Below are positions 37,914-51,487 of a stretch of DNA of 64,000 nt, piece by piece (positions within the stretch are counted from its first letter, which is position 1; every line of letters begins with the position of its first letter). The notes beneath the pieces were generated by a model. The model was not told where the DNA came from and did no database searches. It was given only the letters and a program-made list of their open reading frames with translations. The stretch lies in NCBI RefSeq assembly GCF_056746865.1, contig NZ_CM163382.1; one strand, written 5' to 3'. The position numbers and the translations under genes were made by a program.

Positions 37914-40670
37914 TTACCCGAGAATTTTGCTGGCTTCGCGCGCTACATTATCCATCTCGTCCAACAGTTCCAGCAGCTCCGGCTCCAAATCTTCTTCTTT
38001 AGTACCGCTACGTAGCTGTTGTTCGATCAGTTGGCAGAGATTCTTCATACGCGGCACACCGCTATAGCCGCAACTGCCATGCAGTTTATGAATCAAATCA
38101 ACCAGGCCTTCCGGGTTTTCTCCAACCAGCTGTTCCTCAACTTTGTTGCGAACTTCAGGCAGGAAATCGAGTAACATTTGCAGCATATCGCGCGCTAAAT
38201 CGGTTTTTCCTGCTGCCTGGCGTAGTGCCAGTTGCCAGTCGAGGGTCGCATTCGGGTTCACCACAATTTCGTTGACTTCGGGCGTCACGACGCGAGAGGA
38301 AATACCGCTGCCAGGCTTGTAGCGCAACAGCAAATTATGCAATCGTTCTTCTTCAATCGGTTTCGCCAGATAATCGCTCATCCCTGCGCCAAGCAGCTTC
38401 TCTTTTTGCCCGGCCATTGCATGCGCCGTTACCGCGATAACTGGCGTTTGTTGCTGATGGGGGAGCTGGTGGATGAGTTCGCAGGCCCGAATGCCGTCCA
38501 TGTCCGGCATTTGAATATCCATTAAGATCAAATCGAACGGCATCTGTTTCGCCCGTTCAACCGCCTGATGCCCGCTATCGCAAAGTTCCACATGTTGCAC
38601 CATATCTTCCAGCAATGCGCCGATAAGTTTCAGGTTAGCGGGGTTGTCATCAACCGCCATGACTGTCATTGCCAGCTTACTTTCATCGGTTACAGGCAAA
38701 AGCGTGTTTTGTTTGTGATGACAAAATTCCGTCAGGGCAGGTAACAGGCGCGTAGGTGTTAATGGTTTCAGCAGACACGCGCCGATACCATCTTGCTTAA
38801 GTTTTTCAGCATTGACTTGTGCATGGCAAGGAAGTGCCAGCATCAGAAAATCGGTCATCGATACCGCTTTCGCTAATCGCTCATGTTGCATTGTTAGCGG
38901 CTCGCGGAAGGTCACCGCAATGCCTAATAACATCATGTCGTAATGCGCGGGAGGCAGCGCGGAGAACGTTGGGCTATAAACCACTTCCAGCGGCGTTTCA
39001 CTTAAAATATCCAGCGTGCATTGCGCTGCTGCGGAGTTTGGTTCGACATAGGCCAGGCGCTTGCCGGCGAGGCATTGGGTGGATGGCCCTTCGATAATAA
39101 TGTTCGGATTCAGATCGAGATTAATGTGGAACCAGAAAGTTGAACCGCGATTCGGCTGGCTATGGAACGAAATATCGCCGCCCATTTCATTAACCAGTTT
39201 TTGTGTAATCACCAGCCCCAGCCCGGTGCCACCATGACGGCGGGAAATACTGGCATCAGCCTGTCGGAAGGCCTGGAATAAGCGCGATTGATCGCGTTCC
39301 GGAATACCAATGCCGGTATCCCGAATCTGCACTTCAATCTGCACTTTGGTATTACTCAGCGCACGTTTTTCTACCAGAATATCAATGTTGCCATTCTCGG
39401 TGAATTTAATTGCATTCCCTACCAGGTTAGTGATGATTTGCTGTAATCGTAGTGGGTCGCCGATAACGTTATCAGGCACGTCGCTTTTAATATTGAGCGT
39501 CAGTTCCAGCCCTTTATCGTGAGAAGAATGTGCCAGCAGGGTAACGACTTCATCCAGCGTGCTGCGTAGTGGGAATGGAATACTTTCCAGAATCAGCTTA
39601 CCTGCTTCCAGTTTCGAGAAGTCGAGAACATCATTAATAATTGCCAGCAAATTATTTGCCGAACGTTCAATCGTATTCAGGTGATCGCGCTGCGTTGGTG
39701 TTAATTCTGTTTTCAGCGTCAGGCGGGTAAAGCCAATAACACCATTCAGTGGTGTACGCAGTTCGTGTGACATATTTGCCAGAAACTCGGATTTAATACG
39801 CGCCGCTTCCTGGGCGCGCTTTTTCGCCAGATCCAACTCAACGTTCTGAATTTCCATCTGCTCCAGCGTTTCACGCAGATCGGACGTCGCCTGGTCGATA
39901 TTGTGCTGCATCTCTTCGTGATAAGCAGCCAGCGACATTGCCATCGAGTTGATACCGTTTTTCAGCATATCCAGCTCACCAAGCATAAATCCTTCCACCC
40001 GGCTGTCGAGTTGCCCGCGACGGATGCGGTCGACGGTATTCACCATGTTGCGAATCGGACCGGTTACATCGCGCATTAAGCGCCAGCCAAAAATAAGCGC
40101 AATACCGATACAAAACAGCATCATCACGCTGGAAATAAAGATCTCTTTATATTGCTGCAAGCGAACCGATTTAAGATCCAGCTCCAGCGCAATATATCCC
40201 AGCATATTTTGACTATTTTTGGCATCGCTACTGGGCGATTCGTCGGGGGAGTAACTCTCAGAAATAATCGGCGTGCGGAGGATCATAATATCGCCGTCAC
40301 GAGTGACAGTGAGCTGGCGAGGAAACGGCACGTTGCTGCCGAGCTGCATTGATGAGGGATCAAGATGAAAATTGGAAGTGACAAAGAGTCGGTTATTTTC
40401 ATCATAAACCGAAATCGCGCGAACAATATCGGAATGGCGACGATGCAGTACGCTTATTAACTGACCGATAGATTCGCGATTTTGCAGGCTCATGCCATAT
40501 TCAGTAGAAACTGCAAGCGGCTCAATAATGCTGGCTCCGGCATCTTCCAGTTGACGCTGCAAGTCGTTATAGCGATGCACAACGAAAAAGATACTCAGCA
40601 ATAAACCAATAAGGACGGTCGGTGCCAGGATCAGAATCATCATGCGTGCGCGCAGGCTGTAGTTGGTCAT
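37914..40670 (-). CDS. barA: Hybrid sensor histidine kinase BarA (HAMP-HisKA-HATPase-REC-HPt)
   Basis: 918-aa ORF; cognate regulator UvrY controls csrB, also present in this window. Confidence 0.95.
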
Positions 40671-40726
40671 GGAGTTCCGTTATGGGACAATTAAGGTCAC
40701 ACTGTTAAATTGAGAAAGTCTCGCCA

Positions 40727-42028
40727 ATGGCGCAATTCTACTCTGCAAAACGACGCACGACGACGCGTCAGATCATAACTGTTTCAGTCAACGACCTCGA
40801 CTCTTTTGGTCAGGGCGTGGCACGACATAACGGCAAAGCGTTATTTATTCCTGGATTACTGCCACAGGAAAACGCGGAAGTTACTGTTACTGAAGATAAA
40901 AAACAATACGCCCGCGCTAAAGTCGTACGCCGGTTAAGCGATAGCCCGGAACGCGAAACGCCACGCTGCCCTCATTTTGGCGTATGCGGCGGCTGTCAGC
41001 AACAACACGCCAGCGAGGATTTACAGCAGCGAAGCAAAAGTGCGGCACTCGCCCGATTAATGAAACACGAGGTCTCTGAAGTGATCGCCGATGTTCCCTG
41101 GGGCTATCGCCGTCGCGCGCGTTTAAGTTTGAACTACTTACCGAAAACACAGCAACTTCAGATGGGGTTTCGCAAAGCGGGCTCCAGTGACATTGTCGAC
41201 GTTAAACAATGTCCCATTTTAGTGCCCCAACTTGAAGCATTGCTGCCCAAAGTCAGGGCATGCCTGGGCAGCTTACAAGCTATGCGCCATCTTGGTCATG
41301 TTGAACTGGTACAGGCAACCAGCGGCACGCTGATGATTTTGCGCCATACCGCACCGCTAAGTTCGGCAGATCGCGAAAAACTGGAACGCTTTTCGCATTC
41401 TGAAGGCCTGGATCTGTATCTCGCCCCCGATAGTGAGATACTCGAAACCGTCTCTGGTGAGATGCCCTGGTATGACTCAAACGGGTTGCGCTTAACTTTT
41501 AGCCCGCGCGATTTTATTCAGGTCAATGCGGGTGTGAACCAAAAAATGGTAGCGCGTGCGTTGGAATGGCTGGATGTGCAACCTGAAGATCGCGTACTGG
41601 ATCTGTTCTGCGGTATGGGCAACTTTACACTGCCATTGGCGACACAAGCTGCCAGTGTGGTGGGTGTAGAAGGTGTTCCGGCGCTGGTGGAAAAAGGCCA
41701 GCAGAATGCGCGTCTTAATGGCTTACACAATGTGACGTTTTATCACGAAAATCTTGAAGAAGATGTCACAAAGCAGCCGTGGGCGAAAAACGGCTTCGAT
41801 AAAGTGTTGCTGGACCCGGCGCGAGCAGGTGCCGCAGGAGTTATGCAGCAAATTATAAAACTGGAACCTATTCGTATAGTTTATGTATCCTGTAACCCTG
41901 CAACGCTGGCTCGGGATAGCGAAGCGTTATTAAAAGCAGGATATACCATTGCGCGACTGGCGATGCTGGATATGTTCCCACACACGGGACATCTGGAATC
42001 GATGGTACTTTTCTCGCGCGTTAAATAG
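40727..42028 (+). CDS. rlmD: 23S rRNA m5U1939 methyltransferase (TRAM plus Fe-S cluster)
   Basis: 433-aa ORF with Cys cluster [10 protein letters not shown]. Confidence 0.9.
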   Translation: MAQFYSAKRRTTTRQIITVSVNDLDSFGQGVARHNGKALFIPGLLPQENAEVTVTEDKKQYARAKVVRRLSDSPERETPRCPHFGVCGGCQQQHASEDLQQRSKSAALARLMKHEVSEVIADVPWGYRRRARLSLNYLPKTQQLQMGFRKAGSSDIVDVKQCPILVPQLEALLPKVRACLGSLQAMRHLGHVELVQATSGTLMILRHTAPLSSADREKLERFSHSEGLDLYLAPDSEILETVSGEMPWYDSNGLRLTFSPRDFIQVNAGVNQKMVARALEWLDVQPEDRVLDLFCGMGNFTLPLATQAASVVGVEGVPALVEKGQQNARLNGLHNVTFYHENLEEDVTKQPWAKNGFDKVLLDPARAGAAGVMQQIIKLEPIRIVYVSCNPATLARDSEALLKAGYTIARLAMLDMFPHTGHLESMVLFSRVK

Positions 42029-42075
42029 TTACGATTTGCCGATTTCGGCAGGTCTGGTCCCTAAAGGAGAGGACG

Positions 42076-44310
42076 ATGGTTGCGGTAAGAAGTGCACATA
42101 TCAATAAGGCTGGTGAATTTGATCCGGAAAAATGGATCGCAAGTCTGGGTATTACCAGCCAGAAGTCGTGTGAGTGCTTAGCCGAAACCTGGGCGTATTG
42201 TCTGCAACAGACGCAGGGGCATCCGGATGCCAGTCTGTTATTGTGGCGTGGTGTTGAGATGGTGGAGATCCTCTCGACATTAAGTATGGACATTGACACG
42301 CTGCGGGCGGCGCTGCTGTTCCCTCTGGCGGATGCCAACGTAGTCAGCGAAGATGTGCTGCGTGAGAGCGTCGGTAAGTCGGTCGTTAACCTTATTCACG
42401 GCGTGCGTGATATGGCGGCGATCCGCCAGCTGAAAGCGACGCATACCGATTCTGTTTCCTCCGAGCAGGTCGATAACGTTCGCCGGATGTTATTGGCGAT
42501 GGTCGATGATTTTCGCTGCGTGGTCATCAAACTGGCAGAGCGTATTGCTCATCTGCGCGAAGTAAAAGACGCGCCGGAAGATGAACGCGTACTGGCGGCA
42601 AAAGAGTGCACCAATATCTACGCGCCGTTGGCGAACCGTCTTGGGATTGGACAACTGAAATGGGAGCTGGAAGATTACTGCTTCCGTTATCTCCACCCGA
42701 CCGAATACAAACGCATCGCAAAACTGCTGCATGAACGCCGTCTCGACCGCGAACACTATATCGAAGAGTTTGTCGGCCATCTGCGCGCTGAGATGAAAGC
42801 TGAAGGCGTTAAAGCTGAAGTGTATGGTCGACCGAAACACATCTACAGCATCTGGCGCAAAATGCAGAAAAAGAACCTCGCCTTCGATGAGCTGTTTGAT
42901 GTGCGTGCGGTACGTATTGTCGCCGAGCGTTTACAGGATTGTTATGCCGCACTGGGGATAGTGCACACTCACTATCGCCACCTGCCGGATGAGTTTGACG
43001 ATTACGTCGCTAACCCGAAACCAAACGGTTATCAGTCTATTCATACCGTGGTTCTGGGGCCGGGTGGAAAAACCGTTGAGATCCAAATCCGCACCAAACA
43101 GATGCATGAAGATGCAGAGTTGGGGGTTGCTGCGCACTGGAAATATAAAGAAGGCGCGGCAGCTGGCGGCGCACGTTCGGGACATGAAGACCGAATTGCC
43201 TGGCTGCGTAAACTGATTGCGTGGCAGGAAGAGATGGCTGATTCCGGCGAAATGCTCGACGAAGTACGCAGCCAGGTCTTTGACGACCGGGTGTACGTCT
43301 TTACGCCGAAAGGTGACGTCGTTGATTTGCCTGCGGGATCAACGCCGCTGGACTTCGCTTACCACATCCACAGTGATGTCGGGCACCGCTGCATCGGGGC
43401 AAAAATTGGCGGGCGCATTGTGCCGTTCACCTACCAGCTGCAGATGGGCGACCAGATTGAAATTATCACCCAGAAACAGCCGAACCCCAGCCGTGACTGG
43501 TTAAACCCAAACCTCGGTTACGTCACAACCAGCCGTGGGCGTTCGAAAATTCACGCCTGGTTCCGTAAACAGGACCGTGACAAAAACATTCTGGCTGGGC
43601 GGCAAATCCTTGACGACGAGCTGGAACATCTGGGGATCAGCCTGAAAGAAGCAGAAAAACATCTGCTGCCGCGTTACAACTTCAATGATGTCGACGAGTT
43701 GCTGGCGGCGATTGGTGGCGGGGATATCCGTCTCAATCAGATGGTGAACTTCCTGCAATCGCAATTTAATAAGCCGAGTGCCGAAGAGCAGGATGCCGCC
43801 GCGCTGAAGCAACTTCAGCAAAAAAGCTATACGCCGCAAAACCGCAGTAAAGATAACGGTCGTGTGGTGGTTGAAGGTGTCGGTAACCTGATGCACCACA
43901 TCGCGCGCTGCTGCCAGCCGATTCCTGGAGATGAGATTGTCGGCTTCATTACCCAGGGACGCGGTATTTCAGTACACCGCGCCGATTGCGAACAACTGGC
44001 GGAACTGCGCTCCCATGCGCCAGAACGTATTGTTGATGCGGTATGGGGCGAGAGCTACTCCGCCGGATATTCGCTGGTGGTCCGCGTGGTGGCTAATGAT
44101 CGTAGTGGGTTGTTACGTGATATCACGACCATTCTCGCCAACGAGAAGGTGAACGTACTTGGCGTTGCCAGCCGTAGCGACACCAAACAGCAACTGGCGA
44201 CCATCGACATGACCATTGAGATTTACAACCTGCAAGTGCTGGGCCGCGTGCTGGGTAAACTCAACCAGGTGCCGGATGTTATCGACGCGCGTCGGTTGCA
44301 CGGGAGTTAG
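42076..44310 (+). CDS. relA: GTP pyrophosphokinase, (p)ppGpp synthetase I
   Basis: 744-aa ORF ending ...VIDARRLHGS. Confidence 0.95.
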   Translation: MVAVRSAHINKAGEFDPEKWIASLGITSQKSCECLAETWAYCLQQTQGHPDASLLLWRGVEMVEILSTLSMDIDTLRAALLFPLADANVVSEDVLRESVGKSVVNLIHGVRDMAAIRQLKATHTDSVSSEQVDNVRRMLLAMVDDFRCVVIKLAERIAHLREVKDAPEDERVLAAKECTNIYAPLANRLGIGQLKWELEDYCFRYLHPTEYKRIAKLLHERRLDREHYIEEFVGHLRAEMKAEGVKAEVYGRPKHIYSIWRKMQKKNLAFDELFDVRAVRIVAERLQDCYAALGIVHTHYRHLPDEFDDYVANPKPNGYQSIHTVVLGPGGKTVEIQIRTKQMHEDAELGVAAHWKYKEGAAAGGARSGHEDRIAWLRKLIAWQEEMADSGEMLDEVRSQVFDDRVYVFTPKGDVVDLPAGSTPLDFAYHIHSDVGHRCIGAKIGGRIVPFTYQLQMGDQIEIITQKQPNPSRDWLNPNLGYVTTSRGRSKIHAWFRKQDRDKNILAGRQILDDELEHLGISLKEAEKHLLPRYNFNDVDELLAAIGGGDIRLNQMVNFLQSQFNKPSAEEQDAAALKQLQQKSYTPQNRSKDNGRVVVEGVGNLMHHIARCCQPIPGDEIVGFITQGRGISVHRADCEQLAELRSHAPERIVDAVWGESYSAGYSLVVRVVANDRSGLLRDITTILANEKVNVLGVASRSDTKQQLATIDMTIEIYNLQVLGRVLGKLNQVPDVIDARRLHGS

Positions 44311-44319
44311 TCTTACATA

Positions 44320-44347
44320 GCTGGATATGGCGTCAGCCGTATCCAGC
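44320..44347 (+). terminator. Hairpin downstream of relA
   Basis: gctggata ... tatccagc, 8-bp stem with 12-nt loop, followed by gatatctttt. Confidence 0.4.
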
Positions 44348-44405
44348 GATATCTTTTACTCGAAGGTATTACACCTGACAGACCCGCAATTTTCAGGACA
44401 TTCTA

Positions 44406-45197
44406 ATGAATCAAATCGACCGTTTGCTCACTATTATGCAGCGCCTGCGCGATCCGGAAAACGGCTGCCCGTGGGATAAAGAGCAGACATTTGCCACCAT
44501 TGCGCCTTACACCCTTGAAGAAACCTACGAGGTGCTGGACGCCATCGCCCGTGAAGATTTTGACGATCTTCGCGGTGAACTGGGCGATCTGCTGTTCCAG
44601 GTGGTGTTTTACGCACAAATGGCTCAGGAAGAAGGGCGCTTTGACTTTAATGATATATGCGCCGCGATCAGCGATAAATTAGAACGTCGCCATCCGCATG
44701 TTTTTGCTGACAGTTCTGCCGAAAATAGTAGTGAAGTGCTTGCCCGTTGGGAGCAAATCAAAACCGAAGAGCGCGCGCAGAAAGCGCAGCATTCGGCGCT
44801 GGACGATATTCCTCGTAGTTTACCGGCTTTAATGCGTGCGCAAAAAATCCAGAAACGTTGCGCCAACGTTGGTTTTGACTGGACGACGCTTGGTCCGGTA
44901 GTCGATAAAGTCTACGAAGAGATCGACGAGGTGATGTACGAGGCACGGCAGGCTGTTATCGACCAGGCTAAACTGGAGGAGGAAATGGGCGACCTGCTGT
45001 TTGCCACGGTCAATCTGGCTCGTCATTTAGGGACAAAAGCGGAAATCGCATTGCAAAAAGCGAACGAAAAATTCGAGCGTCGTTTTCGCGAAGTGGAGCG
45101 TATTGTTGCCGCGCGTGGACTGGAAATGACAGGTGTTGACCTCGAAACAATGGAAGAAGTCTGGCAACAGGTAAAACGGCAGGAAATTGATCTCTAA
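44406..45197 (+). CDS. mazG: Nucleoside triphosphate pyrophosphohydrolase MazG
   Basis: 263-aa ORF with tandem MazG domains; lies directly after relA with no mazE/mazF between. Confidence 0.9.
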   Translation: MNQIDRLLTIMQRLRDPENGCPWDKEQTFATIAPYTLEETYEVLDAIAREDFDDLRGELGDLLFQVVFYAQMAQEEGRFDFNDICAAISDKLERRHPHVFADSSAENSSEVLARWEQIKTEERAQKAQHSALDDIPRSLPALMRAQKIQKRCANVGFDWTTLGPVVDKVYEEIDEVMYEARQAVIDQAKLEEEMGDLLFATVNLARHLGTKAEIALQKANEKFERRFREVERIVAARGLEMTGVDLETMEEVWQQVKRQEIDL

Positions 45198-45409
45198 GGG
45201 AATTACGTGGTCAAGCGCGATTTGTGTCATTTTTTAAATGACAAGCGCTTGATTTGCGTCAAAAACATTTACCCCAAAGGGGCTATTTTCTCACTCCTGA
45301 TTTCAATAGTGCGCTGGCGAAGAGGAGGGATAATGAAAGTTTGTGGCACAGGTCATGTTCGGGTATACTGCTTTCCCGTCCTGGTTATTCCATCGTCTTT
45401 TCAACCTAA

Positions 45410-47062
<1,653 letters not shown>

Positions 47063-47133
47063 GAAAAAAGTTAGAACGGCAACGCGTACCCTGGGTACGC
47101 GTTGTTTGTCTGGAGTTTCAGTTTAACTAGTGA

Positions 47134-48447
<1,314 letters not shown>

Positions 48448-48465
48448 GTCTGACTTTATCTGATT

Positions 48466-48498
48466 TAAAAATGCCAGCCTTCGGGCTGGCATTTTTTA
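48466..48498. terminator. Bidirectional rho-independent terminator between eno and the TPM gene cluster
   Basis: aaaaa-tgccagcc-ttcg-ggctggca-tttttt; A-run before and T-run after a perfect 8-bp stem. Confidence 0.8.
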
Positions 48499-48506
48499 TG
48501 GTTGAG

Positions 48507-49424
48507 TTACCAGCGACCGGACGCGCCGCCACCGCCAGAAGAACCGCCCCCGCCGCTAAAGCCACCGCCTGAGCCTCCGCCACTTGAGCCGCCACCGGAA
48601 GAGGATGAAGAAGAACCTTTTCTTGAAGCTCTTTCTTTACCGAGCTTCTTGTATTTAGCGCGTAGCTTTTTATTAACGATAAGCCAAAAAATAAGCAGTG
48701 GTACGATGGCAAAAGGCGTGAGCATACCGCAGGCAACGATTAAATTGGTCCATGGTCCTGGCTCGGCAACATAGAGGAATACCATCCCGTAAATGGCGCC
48801 AGTGAGAGTGATCCAGGGTAAATTCGACGGATCGGTAAAAACAATAAAATATGAAAGTACCGCCAGCAATATAATTACAGCAAGCGATAATGGAATAAAG
48901 GGATTGATACTGTAATAATCCCCCCTGTCTTCCGATAATTCACCATTCAACAGAAGCGCGCCGATATTTTCGCTTGCCAGTGTTAATCCACCCATCAGGT
49001 CATCACTTTTGAAGGCAGGGATCAAAATATCTCTGATAATCTTCGCCGCTTGCAGGTCGGTAACCACCCCTTCCAGCCCGTAGCCAACCTCAATACGAAC
49101 AGCATGCTCCTCCCAGGCAACCAGAAGTAAAATACCATCGTTTCTCTGCTTATCTCCCAGTTTCCAGCTATCAAAAACGCGTGCTGCATATTGTTCAATG
49201 GAATCGTCTCCGGTGGACGGCACTACTAATACAGCGACCTGCGCCCGTGTTTTATGTGTAATATCCTGCAGCTGCTGCGTTAGCGATTGCTGTTCAGACG
49301 TGCTTAACGTACCAGTAATATCAGTCACTTGTTGGCGCAGCTCCGGCACAGCAATTTGCTGGGCAAGCCCGGGAAGGCTCCACAAAGCAAGTAGAATAAA
49401 GATTAAGCGCATTACGATCACCAA
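48507..49424 (-). CDS. TPM-domain (TLP18.3/Psb32/MOLO-1 family) membrane protein, paralog 1; ends in a Gly/Ser tail ...GGGGSSGGGGASGRW. Track start at 49424 is a TTG; the first ATG at 49412 (MRLIFILLALWSLPGLA) is the likelier start
   Basis: 305-aa track ORF: signal peptide, TPM domain, hydrophobic segments, low-complexity tail; adjacent to eno, the position of ygcG in K-12 as I recall it. Confidence 0.85.
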   Translation of the reverse strand: MVIVMRLIFILLALWSLPGLAQQIAVPELRQQVTDITGTLSTSEQQSLTQQLQDITHKTRAQVAVLVVPSTGDDSIEQYAARVFDSWKLGDKQRNDGILLLVAWEEHAVRIEVGYGLEGVVTDLQAAKIIRDILIPAFKSDDLMGGLTLASENIGALLLNGELSEDRGDYYSINPFIPLSLAVIILLAVLSYFIVFTDPSNLPWITLTGAIYGMVFLYVAEPGPWTNLIVACGMLTPFAIVPLLIFWLIVNKKLRAKYKKLGKERASRKGSSSSSSGGGSSGGGSGGGFSGGGGSSGGGGASGRW

Positions 49425-50566
49425 CGGCCGGATGAACCGCCGCCTCCTGAAGAACCGCCACCACCGCGGAAAGAATTTCTCGACGAAGAGCGAGAATGAG
49501 CATTACGATTCCCCGTTTTCCTGTTGCTTTTTTCTCCTGATCCCAGCTTAAGATTGCCAGTAAATTTGGCCACAATGATCAGCAGAACGATGCCAGCAAT
49601 GGTTATTGGGCCGATAAAATGATCAATTAACCCAATAATTGTTGAGATGAATGCAATATCTTTATTACTGGCGAACACCAGGCACCATCCCACAATAATT
49701 ATCAGCATCACGACAAACAATGAATTTCGTCCTGATTCACGAACCTGCGGAGTCTTCTTTTGTTTTTTCACTTTAGCGTTTTTATTTTTTGGGGTCAGCA
49801 TCATAGGAAATACGCGGCACATATTAAAAACTACCGCGAGACGCTGCTTGCAGGTTGTTGCTAACAATAAACTAAAACAAACGACCGATACCCGCCGAAT
49901 GATGACATCGTCCTGAAAGGAGAAAAACCAGACCATAGGGGTAATCATCGATATCATCCATATGCCACGCCCTGGGCGGCTGGCAAATCGCCAGAGGACA
50001 ACGATGGCAACGATCATCAGCAGTGTCCAGGCAAGACAAGGCAGCGAACGTTGCGGATTAGCAAACAGATGATTGGCTAAAGCATCCAAAGGGCTAAGGT
50101 TCGCTTTGATATGGGTAAACTGTGCGATGCTTTCAATTCCGCCCGTTAATCCAGCAAAGAGATTGTTTTTTTCGAATTCTGGCTGCATATGGTAACGAAC
50201 AATTTGCGAAGCTTGTTCCGGCGGCAACATCTGTTCCAGTCCATGTCCAATCTTCATTGACGCCAGCCCTTCCGGCCATACGACGAGAATTAAGATACCT
50301 TCGCCATATCGCTTCTCTCCAACGGGTTTCCAGTGATATACCCCGTATCTCTGCGAGGCTGCAAGTTTAATGTTTTTGCCCCCTGTGGTCGGCGTGACCA
50401 ACACGGCCACCTGGAAGTGGTTTTGCTGCTCGAGAGTCTGTAATTGTTGAGTTAAAGCAGTTTGTTCTTCTGTCGTTAATGTCCCGGTTAAGTCAGTTAC
50501 TGAAGGCAATTGTTCAGCGAATACCTGAAAACCGCATAGCATCAGAAGTAAGAGAAAAATACGCAT
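49418..50566 (-). CDS. TPM-domain-like membrane protein, paralog 2 (divergent, longer membrane region); ends ...GGGGSSGGGGSSGRW
   Basis: 382-aa ORF: signal peptide MRIFLLLLMLCGFQVFA, several hydrophobic segments, Lys-rich linker, Gly/Ser tail; stop lies 5 nt before the paralog 1 ATG. Confidence 0.8.
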   Translation of the reverse strand: MRIFLLLLMLCGFQVFAEQLPSVTDLTGTLTTEEQTALTQQLQTLEQQNHFQVAVLVTPTTGGKNIKLAASQRYGVYHWKPVGEKRYGEGILILVVWPEGLASMKIGHGLEQMLPPEQASQIVRYHMQPEFEKNNLFAGLTGGIESIAQFTHIKANLSPLDALANHLFANPQRSLPCLAWTLLMIVAIVVLWRFASRPGRGIWMISMITPMVWFFSFQDDVIIRRVSVVCFSLLLATTCKQRLAVVFNMCRVFPMMLTPKNKNAKVKKQKKTPQVRESGRNSLFVVMLIIIVGWCLVFASNKDIAFISTIIGLIDHFIGPITIAGIVLLIIVAKFTGNLKLGSGEKSNRKTGNRNAHSRSSSRNSFRGGGGSSGGGGSSGRW

Positions 50567-50580
50567 ATCAATTCCTTTTG

Positions 50581-51474
50581 TTACCAGCGCCCGGAAGCGC
50601 CACCGCCACCAGATGAACCGCCACCACCGCTGAAATTGTCATTGTTGAATGAAGAGGATGACGATGATGAATAGTGGGAGGAAGAATTGCTTCTTGTATG
50701 GCGTGATGGCTGGTTGGCATCACGCATCGAATCCCGAACCTTTTTGCCGAAGGGGGTAAAAGCGATGGCGACAGCCAGGAACGGTGTGGCGAAGCAGAGT
50801 AATGTTGCGAGTACTCCCCAGCTTCCGCTGAAGCCTGCTATAGGTAAAACAAAGGCCAGTACAATAGCTGCGAAGCAAATTACTCCCAGCGTTTTGATAT
50901 ATCCTCTGGCAGAAATAAACGTCAGTACTATCGCCCAGACTAACAAAGCCCACCAACCGCTAAAAGGCAAAGGGTGATCGGTCGGTGTTATCGTTGCTAA
51001 ATTATTCCCCGTCAGACGACTTTCAATATCGCTGATTCCCTTTTGCAAACCACCAGCCAGGTCCCCTTTTTTAAATGCCGGAATAATACTGTTGCGAATA
51101 ATTTTCCCGGACTGTGCATCCGTAATAATACCTTCCAGTCCGTAACCGATTTCAATACGCACGGTATGATCCTGCCAGGCGACTAACAGTAGAACGCCAT
51201 CATCGTGGTCTTTATCACCCGGTTTCCAGCTATCGAATACCCGCGTTGCGTACTGCTCGATGGTTTCATCGCCAGTTGTTTCAACCACTAACACGACCAA
51301 CTGTGCGTAGTTTTTTTGCGTCAGGGCTTTAATCTGGTTGGTCAGGGTGTTTACTTCGCTGTTTGTTAATGTGCCGGTTAAGTCATTCACATACTTGGGT
51401 GATTCAGGTACTGGAATTTGTGTGGCAAACACAGATGAACAGAAGAAAGCCATAAGGAAGATAAAATTTCGCAT
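50581..51474 (-). CDS. TPM-domain membrane protein, paralog 3; ends ...GGGGSSGGGGASGRW
   Basis: Track ORF 50581..51504; start taken at the ATG at 51474 (MRNFIFLMAFFCSSVFA), 13 nt after the LemA stop with a GGGGAAG Shine-Dalgarno-like sequence. Confidence 0.8.
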   Translation of the reverse strand: MRNFIFLMAFFCSSVFATQIPVPESPKYVNDLTGTLTNSEVNTLTNQIKALTQKNYAQLVVLVVETTGDETIEQYATRVFDSWKPGDKDHDDGVLLLVAWQDHTVRIEIGYGLEGIITDAQSGKIIRNSIIPAFKKGDLAGGLQKGISDIESRLTGNNLATITPTDHPLPFSGWWALLVWAIVLTFISARGYIKTLGVICFAAIVLAFVLPIAGFSGSWGVLATLLCFATPFLAVAIAFTPFGKKVRDSMRDANQPSRHTRSNSSSHYSSSSSSSFNNDNFSGGGGSSGGGGASGRW

Positions 51475-51487
51475 AGAACTTCCCCGC

